Below the pieces are notes generated by a model that was not told the origin of the DNA, searched no databases, and saw nothing but the letters and a program-made list of their open reading frames with translations. 64,000 bases of DNA, taken from Anaerolineales bacterium (GTDB lineage: Bacteria > Chloroflexota > Anaerolineae > Anaerolineales > UBA11579). A program made the translations under genes and the position numbers. The DNA lies in assembly GCA_026129255.1 (NCBI GenBank), contig JAHCIJ010000001.1, positions 708,965 to 772,964 of the forward strand, given 5' to 3'. Of this stretch, positions 19,891 to 29,572 are shown one piece after another. Position 1 is the stretch's first letter, and each line of letters begins with the position of its first letter.

Positions 19891-20718
19891 TTAGCCCAGC
19901 TCGCGTTGCAAAAACTCCCCAAAACTCCCAGGTGCGCGGCCTAGCAAACCAGCCAGCATAAAGCTGCTGGCGGTGAAGCTGTGCGCGTCGTAGTAAGTGA
20001 ACATAGCAGCCAAGGTATCCCGTGCGTACGCGGGCAGCCGGGTATTGGCTGCCTTCCACTCCGCCAGTGGCTGCTGGACTGCAGCCACTGGGCGGCCGAT
20101 GTGCGCGGCTACTTGCCCGGCTATCTCGGCCGAGCTCAGCGTTTCTGGCCCGGCTAGCGCGTAGACCCCGCCGCGGTGGCCAGGCTCCAGCAGGACACGG
20201 GCGGCCACCGCGGCCACATCGTCCAGGTCCACTGGGGAGAATTGCGCTTGGGGGGAATAAGGCACGCGGTATTCGCCGCGCTCACGCATGGCATCCAGAT
20301 AGGGCAGGATATTTTGCATATAGCTGGCGGGCTGCAGGATCGTGAATTCCAGCCCAGATTGGATCAGGGCTTCTTCTACGCGCAGCTTTTGCCAATGGTG
20401 CGGCATAGCCTCGATCTGCGGAAACAGCACCGAGTGATATACGAAGCGCCGCACGCCAGCCGCCTTGGCCGCTGTGATCCATGCTGCCCCTAGCTCAGCC
20501 TCGTTGGGAAACATGTTAGGCGCAATGAAGTACACCGCCTCCGCGCCGGCTAAGGCAGCCGCCATCGCCGCCGCGTCAGCCATGTTGCCTTGCAGCACTT
20601 CGTCAGCAGGCAGCGGTTGCTCGCGGCGCACCAGCGCTCGCGTCGCCGCGCCTTCTGCCTGCAGAGCGGCCAGCACCGCACGGCCGGTCTTGCCGCTGGC
20701 TCCTGTCACCAAGATCAT
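19891..20718 (-). CDS. NmrA-like / atypical SDR NAD(P)-binding protein
   Basis: MILVTGASGKTGRAVLAAL Rossmann N-terminus. I chose the start at ATG 20718, giving an ATGA overlap with the upstream stop. The ORF-track extension to 20985 is Arg/Pro-rich and looks non-coding. Confidence 0.75.
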   Translation of the reverse strand: MILVTGASGKTGRAVLAALQAEGAATRALVRREQPLPADEVLQGNMADAAAMAAALAGAEAVYFIAPNMFPNEAELGAAWITAAKAAGVRRFVYHSVLFPQIEAMPHHWQKLRVEEALIQSGLEFTILQPASYMQNILPYLDAMRERGEYRVPYSPQAQFSPVDLDDVAAVAARVLLEPGHRGGVYALAGPETLSSAEIAGQVAAHIGRPVAAVQQPLAEWKAANTRLPAYARDTLAAMFTYYDAHSFTASSFMLAGLLGRAPGSFGEFLQRELG

Positions 20719-21590
20719 GCTGCCTCTTGCAACACGGCGACAAAGCCCGCCAGCGCATCGGCCCCGGAGGTGTGCCCGGTGGGCAGTATGCGCATGACCG
20801 CGGCTTGCAGGGCGGCTGGGTCTTGGGCGGTGATAGCATCCACAAGCTGGTGCCAGGGTGCGGCGGCTTCGCCGCGGCTGCCCGCCGCCAGCCAGGCGGC
20901 GGAGAGGGCATGTGTGCGCTCGCTGGCTACGTTGGCCATTAGGGCCGCAAGCTCGCCAGCGGCAGCCGCGGATCGCGTGGCCCACAGGCCGTACATGGCA
21001 CCCAACAGCAGGTCGTCCCCGGCGGGGGTGAGGCCGGGACCGACCCCGGCCAGCTTGCGGGCGGCCTCCTGCACACGGTCGGCATCCTGGGTGGTGATAC
21101 CATCCAGCAGCAGGGGGATATTTTGCTCGGCCAGCTGCTGGATGCGCGCGGGCAGGACCGAGGCACCCGCAGCGGCCAGCACCAGACGTGCCAGGCTATC
21201 CGCGGGCGCGTGAGCGGCCAATAGGGCGCTGATATCTCCAGCTGCGTGCTGCATCAATGCTGGCGCCGCCTGTAAGCTGGCCCAGTCGGGCACAGGCTGC
21301 CAGGCGGAGGCTTCTTCTGCATCGATCAGCCAATCATCTAACCACAACCCGTTCTCAAACACCAGCAGGCGCGAAGTGGCCTGCGTGCCGGTCGGAAACT
21401 CTTCGAGCACGAGTGAGAAGGGGCCATCGCCGATGCGTGCATCCACCAGAGAGAGGATGTGTGCGTCCTGGTTGATCAAGTTCACCACAGCTTCAAAAGC
21501 ATACAGCACGCGGGCTTCCTGCGTGCTGCTTAACCAGTGCTGTGCTGCGGGCGCAATCGAGAGCGCTCGCAGACGGCGGTCTGGGCTCAT
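20715..21590 (-). CDS. DUF2877-like protein (YlbF-type partner of FdrA/DUF1116)
   Basis: 291 aa, Ala-rich. The assignment rests on remembered similarity to YlbF-type proteins and on co-occurrence with FdrA and DUF1116 in the same operon. It has 4-nt overlaps at both ends. Confidence 0.55.
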   Translation of the reverse strand: MSPDRRLRALSIAPAAQHWLSSTQEARVLYAFEAVVNLINQDAHILSLVDARIGDGPFSLVLEEFPTGTQATSRLLVFENGLWLDDWLIDAEEASAWQPVPDWASLQAAPALMQHAAGDISALLAAHAPADSLARLVLAAAGASVLPARIQQLAEQNIPLLLDGITTQDADRVQEAARKLAGVGPGLTPAGDDLLLGAMYGLWATRSAAAAGELAALMANVASERTHALSAAWLAAGSRGEAAAPWHQLVDAITAQDPAALQAAVMRILPTGHTSGADALAGFVAVLQEAA

Positions 21591-22792
21591 TGTTGGATGA
21601 GCGCTCCGTGGCTGACCACGTGCACGGGGGCGCGGTGATAGCGCAGCGCCTCACGCACATTGGGCACATCCAGCACCACCAGGTTTGCAGGCGCGCCCAC
21701 CTTGAGTTCAAAGTCTTGCAGGCCGATGGCTTTGGCCGCCTCAGTGGTGACCAGACTATAGAGTGTGTCCATCTCTGCGCGCGAGGTCATCCACAGCAAG
21801 TGGGATGCCAGGAAGGCGACCTCGAGCATGTTGTTGTGGCCGTAAGGATAGTATGCATCGGAAATGTCATCCTGCCCGATGCACACATAGGCGCCTTCTT
21901 CCAGCAGCTCACGCACGCGGGCGTGCAGCGGGCCGGTTTGCGGGTCGCTCACCACGTACATGCGCGCCTGCTTGAGCAGGGCGATCACCTTTTGCAAATA
22001 GGGTACGGGATACAACGCCATGGCACGCGCATGGTGCGCCAACACGCGGCCTTGCCAGCCTTGCTTGATGGCGGCCAGCGCCATCATCTCCAGCGTGCGC
22101 AGGCCCGCGTCGCCAGCATCGTCCACCAGCATGGAGACAGGCTTGTCGAACTCTTTGGCGATGGCGAACATGGCGTCCACATGCTGCTGTGCATCCGCAT
22201 CGGTGAACTCGATCCAGGGGATACCGCCGACAACATCAGCGCCCATCCTCATCGCCTCGCGGATGAGCTCTTCGGTGCCAGGCTCACGGCCCACGCCGTC
22301 TTGAGGGAAGGCCACGATCTGCACATCTACAATGCCTTTGAACTCTTCGCGCGCTTTGATTAGTGCCTGCACGCCGATGAGCTTGGCCTTGCTATCCACA
22401 TCGGCAAAGGCACGGATGTGCGTATTGCCATTCTTGGCGGCCAGCGTCAGCGCCTTCCTCACATTCGGCAAGACCCAGCTTTCGTCGTACTCGGCTTTGA
22501 CACGGCTGGCCAGCTCAATGGCGTTCATCGCTTTGCCCATGCCGGCTCCCTGGTAACTCTGCAGGGCCAGCTCGTCCATGCGGTCCAGCGTGTACACCTT
22601 GTCGAGATGCAAATGAGCATTGACGAAGGACTCGGTCACCAGGTTGCCGCCAGCATCCAGCTCTGTATCTACGCTGCCCTTGATCACATTGTCGATGGCA
22701 GCAATACGCCCGTCTTGGATCAAGATCGAGACGGTTTCGCCAGCTGGCTTGTTGCGTAGTTGTGCATTGGTGATGAGAATGGATGGGGGCAT
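21587..22792 (-). CDS. Metal-dependent amidohydrolase, cytosine deaminase (CodA)/AtzC-like
   Basis: ILITNAQL...IQDGRIAAID...ESFVNAHLHLDK (HxH metal motif), with later His/Asp motifs. I chose the start at ATG 22792. Confidence 0.8.
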   Translation of the reverse strand: MPPSILITNAQLRNKPAGETVSILIQDGRIAAIDNVIKGSVDTELDAGGNLVTESFVNAHLHLDKVYTLDRMDELALQSYQGAGMGKAMNAIELASRVKAEYDESWVLPNVRKALTLAAKNGNTHIRAFADVDSKAKLIGVQALIKAREEFKGIVDVQIVAFPQDGVGREPGTEELIREAMRMGADVVGGIPWIEFTDADAQQHVDAMFAIAKEFDKPVSMLVDDAGDAGLRTLEMMALAAIKQGWQGRVLAHHARAMALYPVPYLQKVIALLKQARMYVVSDPQTGPLHARVRELLEEGAYVCIGQDDISDAYYPYGHNNMLEVAFLASHLLWMTSRAEMDTLYSLVTTEAAKAIGLQDFELKVGAPANLVVLDVPNVREALRYHRAPVHVVSHGALIQQ

Positions 22793-22815
22793 GGCGTTAC
22801 CTCGTTGGATGTCTA

Positions 22816-23304
22816 TTATTGAACGGCACGAACGGTCTTGGCAAACTGGGCTATGTGTCTTTTTTCGTGGGAGGCCAGGCTGTGTATGAAGTAGTGCACG
22901 TTGAGCTCGCGCACGAGTGTGGCTGTCAATACGGTTGCGCCATGTTGCCATTGGGCCGGCTTCAGCGCGGCTAGTTTTTTCAGCAAGCGCTTGCGTTGCA
23001 GCTTGAAAGCAGCAAAAGAGTCAGCAAATGTCTGGGTGTTGTAATCTGTGCTCAGTATCCATGTGCGCGGGCTGACGTAGCGAATGGTGGGGTGTTTCTC
23101 TTCCAACATGCGCGCCACAATGCCTTCCCAAACATCGGCACATGCGCGCAGATGGCCGAGAATTTCCACACAAGACCATTGGCCGGGTTGTTCTGGCTGG
23201 CGTAACTGGCGTTCGTTCAGGCCGGCAGTGAGCTCAGTAATTTTCCCGGGCAGCTCACTCAACAGTGCAACCGCCGCGGCAGGTGGCATGAGCTCTTTTG
23301 CCAC
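22816..23304 (-). CDS. DinB-fold (DinB_2/DUF664-like) protein
   Basis: 162 aa. The pattern WSCVEILGHLRACADVW...HEKRHIAQ fits the His-triad four-helix DinB family. Confidence 0.6.
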   Translation of the reverse strand: MAKELMPPAAAVALLSELPGKITELTAGLNERQLRQPEQPGQWSCVEILGHLRACADVWEGIVARMLEEKHPTIRYVSPRTWILSTDYNTQTFADSFAAFKLQRKRLLKKLAALKPAQWQHGATVLTATLVRELNVHYFIHSLASHEKRHIAQFAKTVRAVQ

Positions 23305-23307
23305 AGC

Positions 23308-25668
23308 TTACCCGGGCGCCGTATCCGCGTCGTGTTCTTGCCCCAGTTGCCACAGACGCAGCGGGCTGAGCGGAATCTCGCGGATTTCAAAGCCGGGCAT
23401 GTTCAGCGCATCTTCCAACGCCTGCGCTACCAGCGGGCCAACTGGAATCGCTCCGGCTTCACCTGCGCCCTTCACTCCCATCGGGTTGAGCGGCGATGGG
23501 GTGGTGGTGTGGTCGGTGTCCATGCGCGGCACATCTTGCGCGGCCGGGAGCAAATAATCCATGAACGAAGCGTTGAGAATCTGGCCCATGTCATCAAAGA
23601 CGAGCTGCTCGTAGAAGGCATTGCCCAGGCCCTGAGCCACGCCGCCATGGATTTGTCCGTCAAGAATGAGCGGGTTGATCACCTCACCACAGTCGTGCAC
23701 CACGGCATATTTCTGGATATCGATCATCATCGTGTCGGGGTCAACCTCCACGATCATGGCGTGCACACCGTAGGCGGTTGTGCCCATCTCGGGGCCGAAG
23801 TAGTCGGTAGCTTCCAGGCCGGGCTCCGTACCGGGCTTGACCGCGCCTCTCATAGGATTCGCCTTCTGCGCAAGCACGCCGAGCGGGATAGCGGTTTCAG
23901 GAGCGCCAAGGATCTGCACTTTGCCATCCACCAGCTCCAGTTTGTCAGCGGTCACTTCACCTTCGTATTCTTCGATGGCTTTGGCAATAATCTTCTCGCG
24001 CACACGCTTGGCGGCAGCGTGGATGGCATTGCCCGCCACCACCGCACCGCGGCTGGCGAAAGTGCCCACGCCCCAATGGAACTGGTCCGTGTCGCCGGTC
24101 ACCAGGTCGATCTGGTTCACGGGTACCCCAAGCTGCTCGGCCACGATCTGCGCGTAGCTGGTGTAGTGGCCCTGGCCCTGCGTGCCGATGCCGGTGGCCA
24201 CGCTGACGCGGCCATTAGCCTGCACCTGGATGCGTGCGCCTTCATAGGGGCCGATGCCCGTGCCTTCCACATAGCACACGATGCCCAGGCCTAGCTTCTT
24301 GCCAGCCTTCTCCGCGGCGGGTTTGAGCTCGCTGTAAAACTTGTCGTACTCAATCATCTTGAGCGCTTTGTCCAGCACGGGCTCATAGTTGCCGCTGTCG
24401 TAGGTCAGCTCGCTGAAGTCCTGGTAAACGATTTCGTGCTTGACGGGAAACTCATCAGGCGGGATGAGGTTCTTGCGGCGGATGGCCACTTTGTCCATGC
24501 CCAGCTCTTTGGCGGCCGCGTCCAGCAGGCGCTCCATTACGAAGACACCGTGTTGGCGGCCGGCGCCGCGGTAAGGGCTGACGATGGGCTTGTTGGTGAA
24601 GACCGCGGTGAATTCGCTGTAATAGTCCGGCACTTTGTACATGTTAAGCAGCGTGCACTGCGTGTTGATCGGCACGGTCAGGCCGTAGGGATCGTAGGCG
24701 CCATTGTCGTGCCAGAACACATCCTTTACACCCACGATGGTGCCGTCTTTCATGATGGCGAGTTCGGCCTCGTGGTGCTGGCCGCGCTCTTGCGTGGTGG
24801 AGTAGAAATTTTCGGCGCGGTCTTCGATCCATTTGACCGGAATGTTGAGCTGCATACTGATCCAGGGGAGCAGCATCTCCTCTGGATAGAACATCAGGAT
24901 CTTCGGCCCAAAGCCTCCGCCGATGAAGGGGGCGATGAGGCGCACTTGGTGCTCCGAGAGACCCAGCATGCCGGCGATACCGTTGCGGATGATGACGGGG
25001 GCCTGTGTGGTATCCCACATGGTGAGCTTGCCAGCTTTGGCATCCCAAGCGGCCACGATACCGCGGTTCTCCATGGCGGCGGCGGTGCCGCGGTCGTAGA
25101 AGAATTCACGCTTGATGATGAGGTCTGCCTTGGCTTTGGCTTTCTCGTAATTGCCTTTTTCCTGCACTACATGGGCGGCAATGTTGTTTTCTAAGTCGTC
25201 ATGGATGAGCGCGGCGCCATCGGCCAGCGCCTTCAGCGGGTCGATGTGCACCGGTAATGCTTCGTAATCCACCAGCACCAGCCCGGCGGCATCTTCGGCG
25301 ATGTAGCGCGTCTCGGCCACGATGCACACGATGACTTCGCCGACATGGCGCACCTTGTCCTTGGCCAGGATGGGGTGCAGGCGTTCGTTGAGATAAGCGT
25401 TCTTGATCGGCGGCAGGCCAACGTTAAGTACACCGGTGCGCCAGAAACTGCCCAGGTCTTCGGCCGTGTACACGGCGATGACGCCGGGCAAAGCGCGCGC
25501 CGCGCTCGCATCAATGGATTTGATGCGAGCGTGCGCGTAGGGGCTGCGCACGAAGGCGATGTGCGCCATGCCTGGCAGGTCTACATCATCAACGAAGAGC
25601 GCCCGCCCAGTGAGTAGGCGGGGATCCTCGTTGCGTTTTATGCGTTGGCCGAAGTACCGCGTGGTCAT
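23308..25668 (-). CDS. Molybdopterin-binding large subunit of a xanthine dehydrogenase/CoxL-family hydroxylase (not a form I CO dehydrogenase)
   Basis: 786 aa. GQRIKRNEDPRLLTG N-terminus. Active-site loop SPYRGAGR rather than the CODH VAYRCSFR. C-terminal GVKGAGEAG. Confidence 0.9.
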   Translation of the reverse strand: MTTRYFGQRIKRNEDPRLLTGRALFVDDVDLPGMAHIAFVRSPYAHARIKSIDASAARALPGVIAVYTAEDLGSFWRTGVLNVGLPPIKNAYLNERLHPILAKDKVRHVGEVIVCIVAETRYIAEDAAGLVLVDYEALPVHIDPLKALADGAALIHDDLENNIAAHVVQEKGNYEKAKAKADLIIKREFFYDRGTAAAMENRGIVAAWDAKAGKLTMWDTTQAPVIIRNGIAGMLGLSEHQVRLIAPFIGGGFGPKILMFYPEEMLLPWISMQLNIPVKWIEDRAENFYSTTQERGQHHEAELAIMKDGTIVGVKDVFWHDNGAYDPYGLTVPINTQCTLLNMYKVPDYYSEFTAVFTNKPIVSPYRGAGRQHGVFVMERLLDAAAKELGMDKVAIRRKNLIPPDEFPVKHEIVYQDFSELTYDSGNYEPVLDKALKMIEYDKFYSELKPAAEKAGKKLGLGIVCYVEGTGIGPYEGARIQVQANGRVSVATGIGTQGQGHYTSYAQIVAEQLGVPVNQIDLVTGDTDQFHWGVGTFASRGAVVAGNAIHAAAKRVREKIIAKAIEEYEGEVTADKLELVDGKVQILGAPETAIPLGVLAQKANPMRGAVKPGTEPGLEATDYFGPEMGTTAYGVHAMIVEVDPDTMMIDIQKYAVVHDCGEVINPLILDGQIHGGVAQGLGNAFYEQLVFDDMGQILNASFMDYLLPAAQDVPRMDTDHTTTPSPLNPMGVKGAGEAGAIPVGPLVAQALEDALNMPGFEIREIPLSPLRLWQLGQEHDADTAPG

Positions 25669-25669
25669 A

Positions 25670-26458
25670 CTATTCTTGCGTGAAGGCTACTGCACGGCAG
25701 AAGGCGGCCTCGCCACCCTGGAACTTCCACGGGAAGGCGCCCAGGATCAAGCGCTTGTTGTGCAGCGCCGGGTTGCCAATTTCGCCGCCCAGGTTCTCAA
25801 CGTGGAAGCAGTCATGCGGGAACAGCGCATTGTGAGTGAGTTGGTAGGCCTCAGCGGGGAACATTTCGTCCACCTTCTCAGAGCCGCCCAGCTTCTTCTC
25901 CACGATCTTGCGTACCTTGGCCCAATGCTCCAAACCGCCCTTGCCGAGGAAGCGGCCGATGGGCAGGTTCATAGGGTGGTCGGTGGAGATCATGTCCACG
26001 CCCCACAGGTGGATCTTCTTGTCCAGCAGCCATTCGCAGATGCTGTGGTGCGGGCCGGGGTGACGCTGGATGTAGCGCTCCTCGTCGCCTTCAGGGCTGA
26101 AGAAAGAATACTTGTGCCAGCCGGTGTGGATAAAGAGAATGTCGCCATTCTTTACTTCGGCGGTCTTCTCGATCATTTCCGGCGTGAACACATCCAAGTC
26201 GTCCAGTTGGCTGCTCAGGTCGACAATCACGCCTTCACCATACAGCCAGTCCAGCGGCAGTTGGTCGATGGTCTTGCCGTTGGTCACAAAGTGACGCGGT
26301 GCATCCAGGTGCGTGCCCATGTGATTGCTGGTCATGATGTACTGCGCGTTCACACCGTGTTCGGCTTTGCGCTTGATGTACTTGACCTCAAACGGGGGGT
26401 AGAAGGGCCAGAACGAGGCGTCTTGGTTTAGGGGTTGGGACAGGTCGTGGATCTTCAT
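25670..26458 (-). CDS. Cyclase-family (kynurenine formamidase/isatin hydrolase-like) metal-dependent hydrolase
   Basis: HMGTHLDAPRHF is the HxGTHxDxPxH signature of the putative-cyclase family. Confidence 0.8.
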   Translation of the reverse strand: MKIHDLSQPLNQDASFWPFYPPFEVKYIKRKAEHGVNAQYIMTSNHMGTHLDAPRHFVTNGKTIDQLPLDWLYGEGVIVDLSSQLDDLDVFTPEMIEKTAEVKNGDILFIHTGWHKYSFFSPEGDEERYIQRHPGPHHSICEWLLDKKIHLWGVDMISTDHPMNLPIGRFLGKGGLEHWAKVRKIVEKKLGGSEKVDEMFPAEAYQLTHNALFPHDCFHVENLGGEIGNPALHNKRLILGAFPWKFQGGEAAFCRAVAFTQE

Positions 26459-26498
26459 AACACTCCTTGGTTTTTTTTAGCTGTCTGATAGTCACTTA

Positions 26499-26552
26499 GT
26501 CATCTGGTCAATTGGTCTGTTGGTCGACCAACAGACCAATTGACCAGATGAC
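26499..26552. repeat. Perfect 54-bp palindrome (family D repeat) inside the catabolic operon
   Basis: GTCATCTGGTCAATTGGTCTGTTGGTC|GACCAACAGACCAATTGACCAGATGAC, centred on GTCGAC. It lies in the 104-nt gap between the DUF1116 stop and the cyclase start. Confidence 0.9.
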
Positions 26553-26562
26553 GTACTCTCTT

Positions 26563-27813
26563 TCAAAGTTTATAGCGTTCCGCGTACGCCACCAGCGCAT
26601 CCTCAAAGATCTTCATCGGCGGGCGCACCAGTCCAGCGCCTACCTGGCCCACGCCTGCTTCGCGGTGGGCGATGCCAGTGTTGACGCGCGGCGTGATACC
26701 GAGCTCGACCACTTTACGGATGTCGATGCCGGTGGGAGTGCCGCGGAATTCCAGCTGCGGAATGGTGAAGTGACTGTGCTCGGCGATGGTGATCTCGTAC
26801 ATCTCCAGCGTGGCGTTGAGCGCATCCTGAGGCGTGCCGCTCACGAAGGTGACGATGGCCGGGGCCGCCGCCATAGCGAAGGCGCCGATGCCGGCCGTCT
26901 CGGTGATGGTGCTGTCGCCGATGTCCGGGTTGGCGTCCTTACTGGTGAAACTGGGGAAGTACAAACCATCCGGCACCTCGGCAGGGGCGGTGAACCACTG
27001 GTCGCCCAGGCCGCTGACACGCATGCCGAAGTCTGTGCCGTTGCGCGCCATTGTGGTCACCATGGTACTGCCCTCGATCCCGTGCGCACTGGCCGACATA
27101 GCCTTGCACGCCGCCATGACGGGGTTGAGCACGCTGAGCGCATTGTCACCCAGCGCCTTGAGCACCTCAGACTCCATGTCGTTGTCGGCGGCCACTTTGG
27201 CGATCCACGGGGCGAGCTTGGCGGTGTAGATGATCGAGCCGGCCTTGTTGCGGTTGTGGCCCTCGTCGCCCATGTGCAGACTCTCGGAGAGCAGGGCGCG
27301 GATATCGATGCCGCCGCTGGCCTCGATGGCCTTGGCGAGCAGCGGCCCCATGCTATCGTTCATCCAGCGCAGCTTGGCGATCACTTCTTCGCTGAACGCG
27401 CCATAGCGCAGTACCTTGCCATAGCCTTCGTTGAGGTTGGAGTAGGCCTTATTGCCATGCGTCTCGTTCTCGAGAATGTAGACCATCATCGAGGATGAAG
27501 TCACGCCGGCCATCGGGCCAACCGTGTCATGGTGGTGGCAGGGGGCGAACTCGATCTCGCCTTTTTCTACCAACGCTACGGCCTCTTGTTCGTTCTTGGC
27601 CAGGCCTTCGAAGAGGAGTGCACCGATGACCGCGCCGCGTAACGGGCCAGACATGCGCGCCCACTCGATCGGCGGGCCGGCATGCAGCAGCAGGTTCGGC
27701 TTCATGTCCGGGATCACATCCTTGGCCAGCGCAACGCCTTTAAGGATTGGGCGCGCCTCCATCATGCGGGAGACGGCGGTTTGGTTGGCTTTTGTTATAT
27801 CTATCATTTGCAC
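26563..27813 (-). CDS. DUF1116 (YlbE-like) protein
   Basis: 416 aa. The N-terminal pattern ...ARPILKGVALAKDVIPDMKPNLLLHAGPPIEW fits my memory of YlbE-type proteins. It is adjacent to FdrA. Confidence 0.65.
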   Translation of the reverse strand: MQMIDITKANQTAVSRMMEARPILKGVALAKDVIPDMKPNLLLHAGPPIEWARMSGPLRGAVIGALLFEGLAKNEQEAVALVEKGEIEFAPCHHHDTVGPMAGVTSSSMMVYILENETHGNKAYSNLNEGYGKVLRYGAFSEEVIAKLRWMNDSMGPLLAKAIEASGGIDIRALLSESLHMGDEGHNRNKAGSIIYTAKLAPWIAKVAADNDMESEVLKALGDNALSVLNPVMAACKAMSASAHGIEGSTMVTTMARNGTDFGMRVSGLGDQWFTAPAEVPDGLYFPSFTSKDANPDIGDSTITETAGIGAFAMAAAPAIVTFVSGTPQDALNATLEMYEITIAEHSHFTIPQLEFRGTPTGIDIRKVVELGITPRVNTGIAHREAGVGQVGAGLVRPPMKIFEDALVAYAERYKL

Positions 27814-27820
27814 TCCAATT

Positions 27821-27898
27821 CAGTGAGCAGTGATGTGTGAACAGTGAACAGGCTAGCAAGCTATGTACTGCTCACTGTTCACTACTCACTTCTCACTA
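27821..27898. repeat. Family E repeat hairpin (GTGAACAGTGAACAG / CTGCTCACTGTTCAC) in the FdrA-DUF1116 gap
   Basis: 15-bp stem with one mismatch and a 16-nt loop, flanked by further CAGTGAGCAG / CACTTCTCACTAG units. Confidence 0.75.
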
Positions 27899-27900
27899 GA

Positions 27901-29571
27901 TTACTTACCTTTCATCTTCTCCAAAATACTGGCCAGCGCTTCATTGCCACCCGCAGGCGGGCGCCAATCCACTTGCACCGCGTCGGCTCCTTGTGCCTTC
28001 AGGCTGTCAAAGAAGCTCTCTACGCCCACGTTGATGGCGGCCAGCGGCTCGCTGAATGGCCGCAGGGCTTTGCCCGCGGCGCTGGGTGCTGCGGCCAAGC
28101 GGGCGGCAATGTAGTCCACCGCCATCGTTGTTTCGCGGAAGATGCGCGCGCCTGCCGCTTCCAGCTTGGCGATCTGCTCATCGGTGTTCTGGGGGTCTTC
28201 GTCTGTACCCACCACCAGCGCTACAAACTCAATGTCTGGACGTGCCTTGCGATGGCTTGCAATGGCCGCGGCCAGCTCGCCAGCCGGGTCGGCATGCGAG
28301 CCTTCGCCCAGCACTACGTCCAGCAACACCAAGCCAGTTTCGGAGTCTTCGACTTCCTGCTTGAGGCGGCGCAGGCGCAGGTTGTTTTCCATCATCGGGT
28401 GCAGACGGCCCACGGTGAAGACATCTTCGCCCAAGTCGATGATGGTGTGTGCCTGACTGTGCAGCGGGTCAGCCATTTTCTGTGAGCTGCGTATAGCCAC
28501 ATTCGAATATATAGGGTGCAGGAAATTCTGCAGCCCGTTAAGCGCCTCGTAGGCCAAGGTGCCGCCGGAGAACAGGCCGCGCAGATAATCACCGCGCCGC
28601 TCAATTGTGGGCGGGGAGATGGCGCCGTTGCTCAGCCCTACGGCAATGCGTGCCGCTGAGTCGAGCCCGTTCGAGAAATGCACATTGCCGATCTGCTCGG
28701 CCGGCGCTGCAAAGCCGATGAAGCACACCACCACCGGCTTACCCGCCGTCTGCGCTTCGCTCAACAGGTGGGCGGCAGTAGCCTCGTCGGGCGGCTTGGA
28801 GATGAGCACGATGACCTGCGTACTCTCGTCGGCGGCCAGGTAGCGCAGGCCTTGCAGCATGCTGGCCGCGCCAACCTCAGCCTTGAGATCGCGCCCGCCC
28901 GTGCCGATGGCTTGCGACACGCCGCCGCCATAATTGTGGATGCCCACCGTCACGGCTTGCAAACCGGTGCCGGAGGCGCCCACCAGGCCGATTGGCCCGC
29001 GGCGCACGCGGTTGGCGAAGCCGAGGCCAACACCGTTGATGATGGCGGTGCCACAATCTGGCCCCATCACCAGCAGGCCGAGCTCGGCGCCGCGTTGCTT
29101 GAGGGCAATCTCGTCTTCAAGCTCAACGTTATCGCTATACAGGAACACATGCTTGCCATTGTCCAGCGCCTCGTGTGCCACCTTGGCGGCGTAGCGGCCC
29201 GGCACGGAGATCAGCACCCACTCGGCGGCAGGCAGGTTCTTGACCCCCGCCGCCAGGCTACGCGGGCGGAAAGCTTGGTTCCCGCCGCCGCTGCTGCGCT
29301 GCTTAAGCAGCTCGTCTACCTGCGCCAGTGCATCGCTAGCTTCGCCTTCGCTGCCAGCACGCACCACAATCAGCAAATCCTCTGGGCGGGCCGCTTTGCC
29401 TGCCGCTTCGAGCAAGTCGCTATCGGCCAACAATTCAAGATTGGCGGGCGTGGCCATCACTACACCGGCGTCTTCCACGCCGGGCAGGGCGGCCAGCTTG
29501 CGCTGCAATTGCATCAGCACCACCGAGTCGTAATATACGCCGGGGCGCACTTCACTTTTGGTTACGCTCAT
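27901..29571 (-). CDS. fdrA: FdrA-type acyl-CoA synthetase-like protein (succinyl-CoA synthetase alpha-like domains)
   Basis: N-terminus VRPGVYYDSVVLMQL. CoA-binding/ligase-CoA-like segments (VLISVPGRYA, MGPDCGTAIINGVGLGFAN, GASGTGLQ). I chose the start at ATG 29571, 1 nt after the amidase stop. Confidence 0.78.
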   Translation of the reverse strand: MSVTKSEVRPGVYYDSVVLMQLQRKLAALPGVEDAGVVMATPANLELLADSDLLEAAGKAARPEDLLIVVRAGSEGEASDALAQVDELLKQRSSGGGNQAFRPRSLAAGVKNLPAAEWVLISVPGRYAAKVAHEALDNGKHVFLYSDNVELEDEIALKQRGAELGLLVMGPDCGTAIINGVGLGFANRVRRGPIGLVGASGTGLQAVTVGIHNYGGGVSQAIGTGGRDLKAEVGAASMLQGLRYLAADESTQVIVLISKPPDEATAAHLLSEAQTAGKPVVVCFIGFAAPAEQIGNVHFSNGLDSAARIAVGLSNGAISPPTIERRGDYLRGLFSGGTLAYEALNGLQNFLHPIYSNVAIRSSQKMADPLHSQAHTIIDLGEDVFTVGRLHPMMENNLRLRRLKQEVEDSETGLVLLDVVLGEGSHADPAGELAAAIASHRKARPDIEFVALVVGTDEDPQNTDEQIAKLEAAGARIFRETTMAVDYIAARLAAAPSAAGKALRPFSEPLAAINVGVESFFDSLKAQGADAVQVDWRPPAGGNEALASILEKMKGK

Positions 29572-29572
29572 C

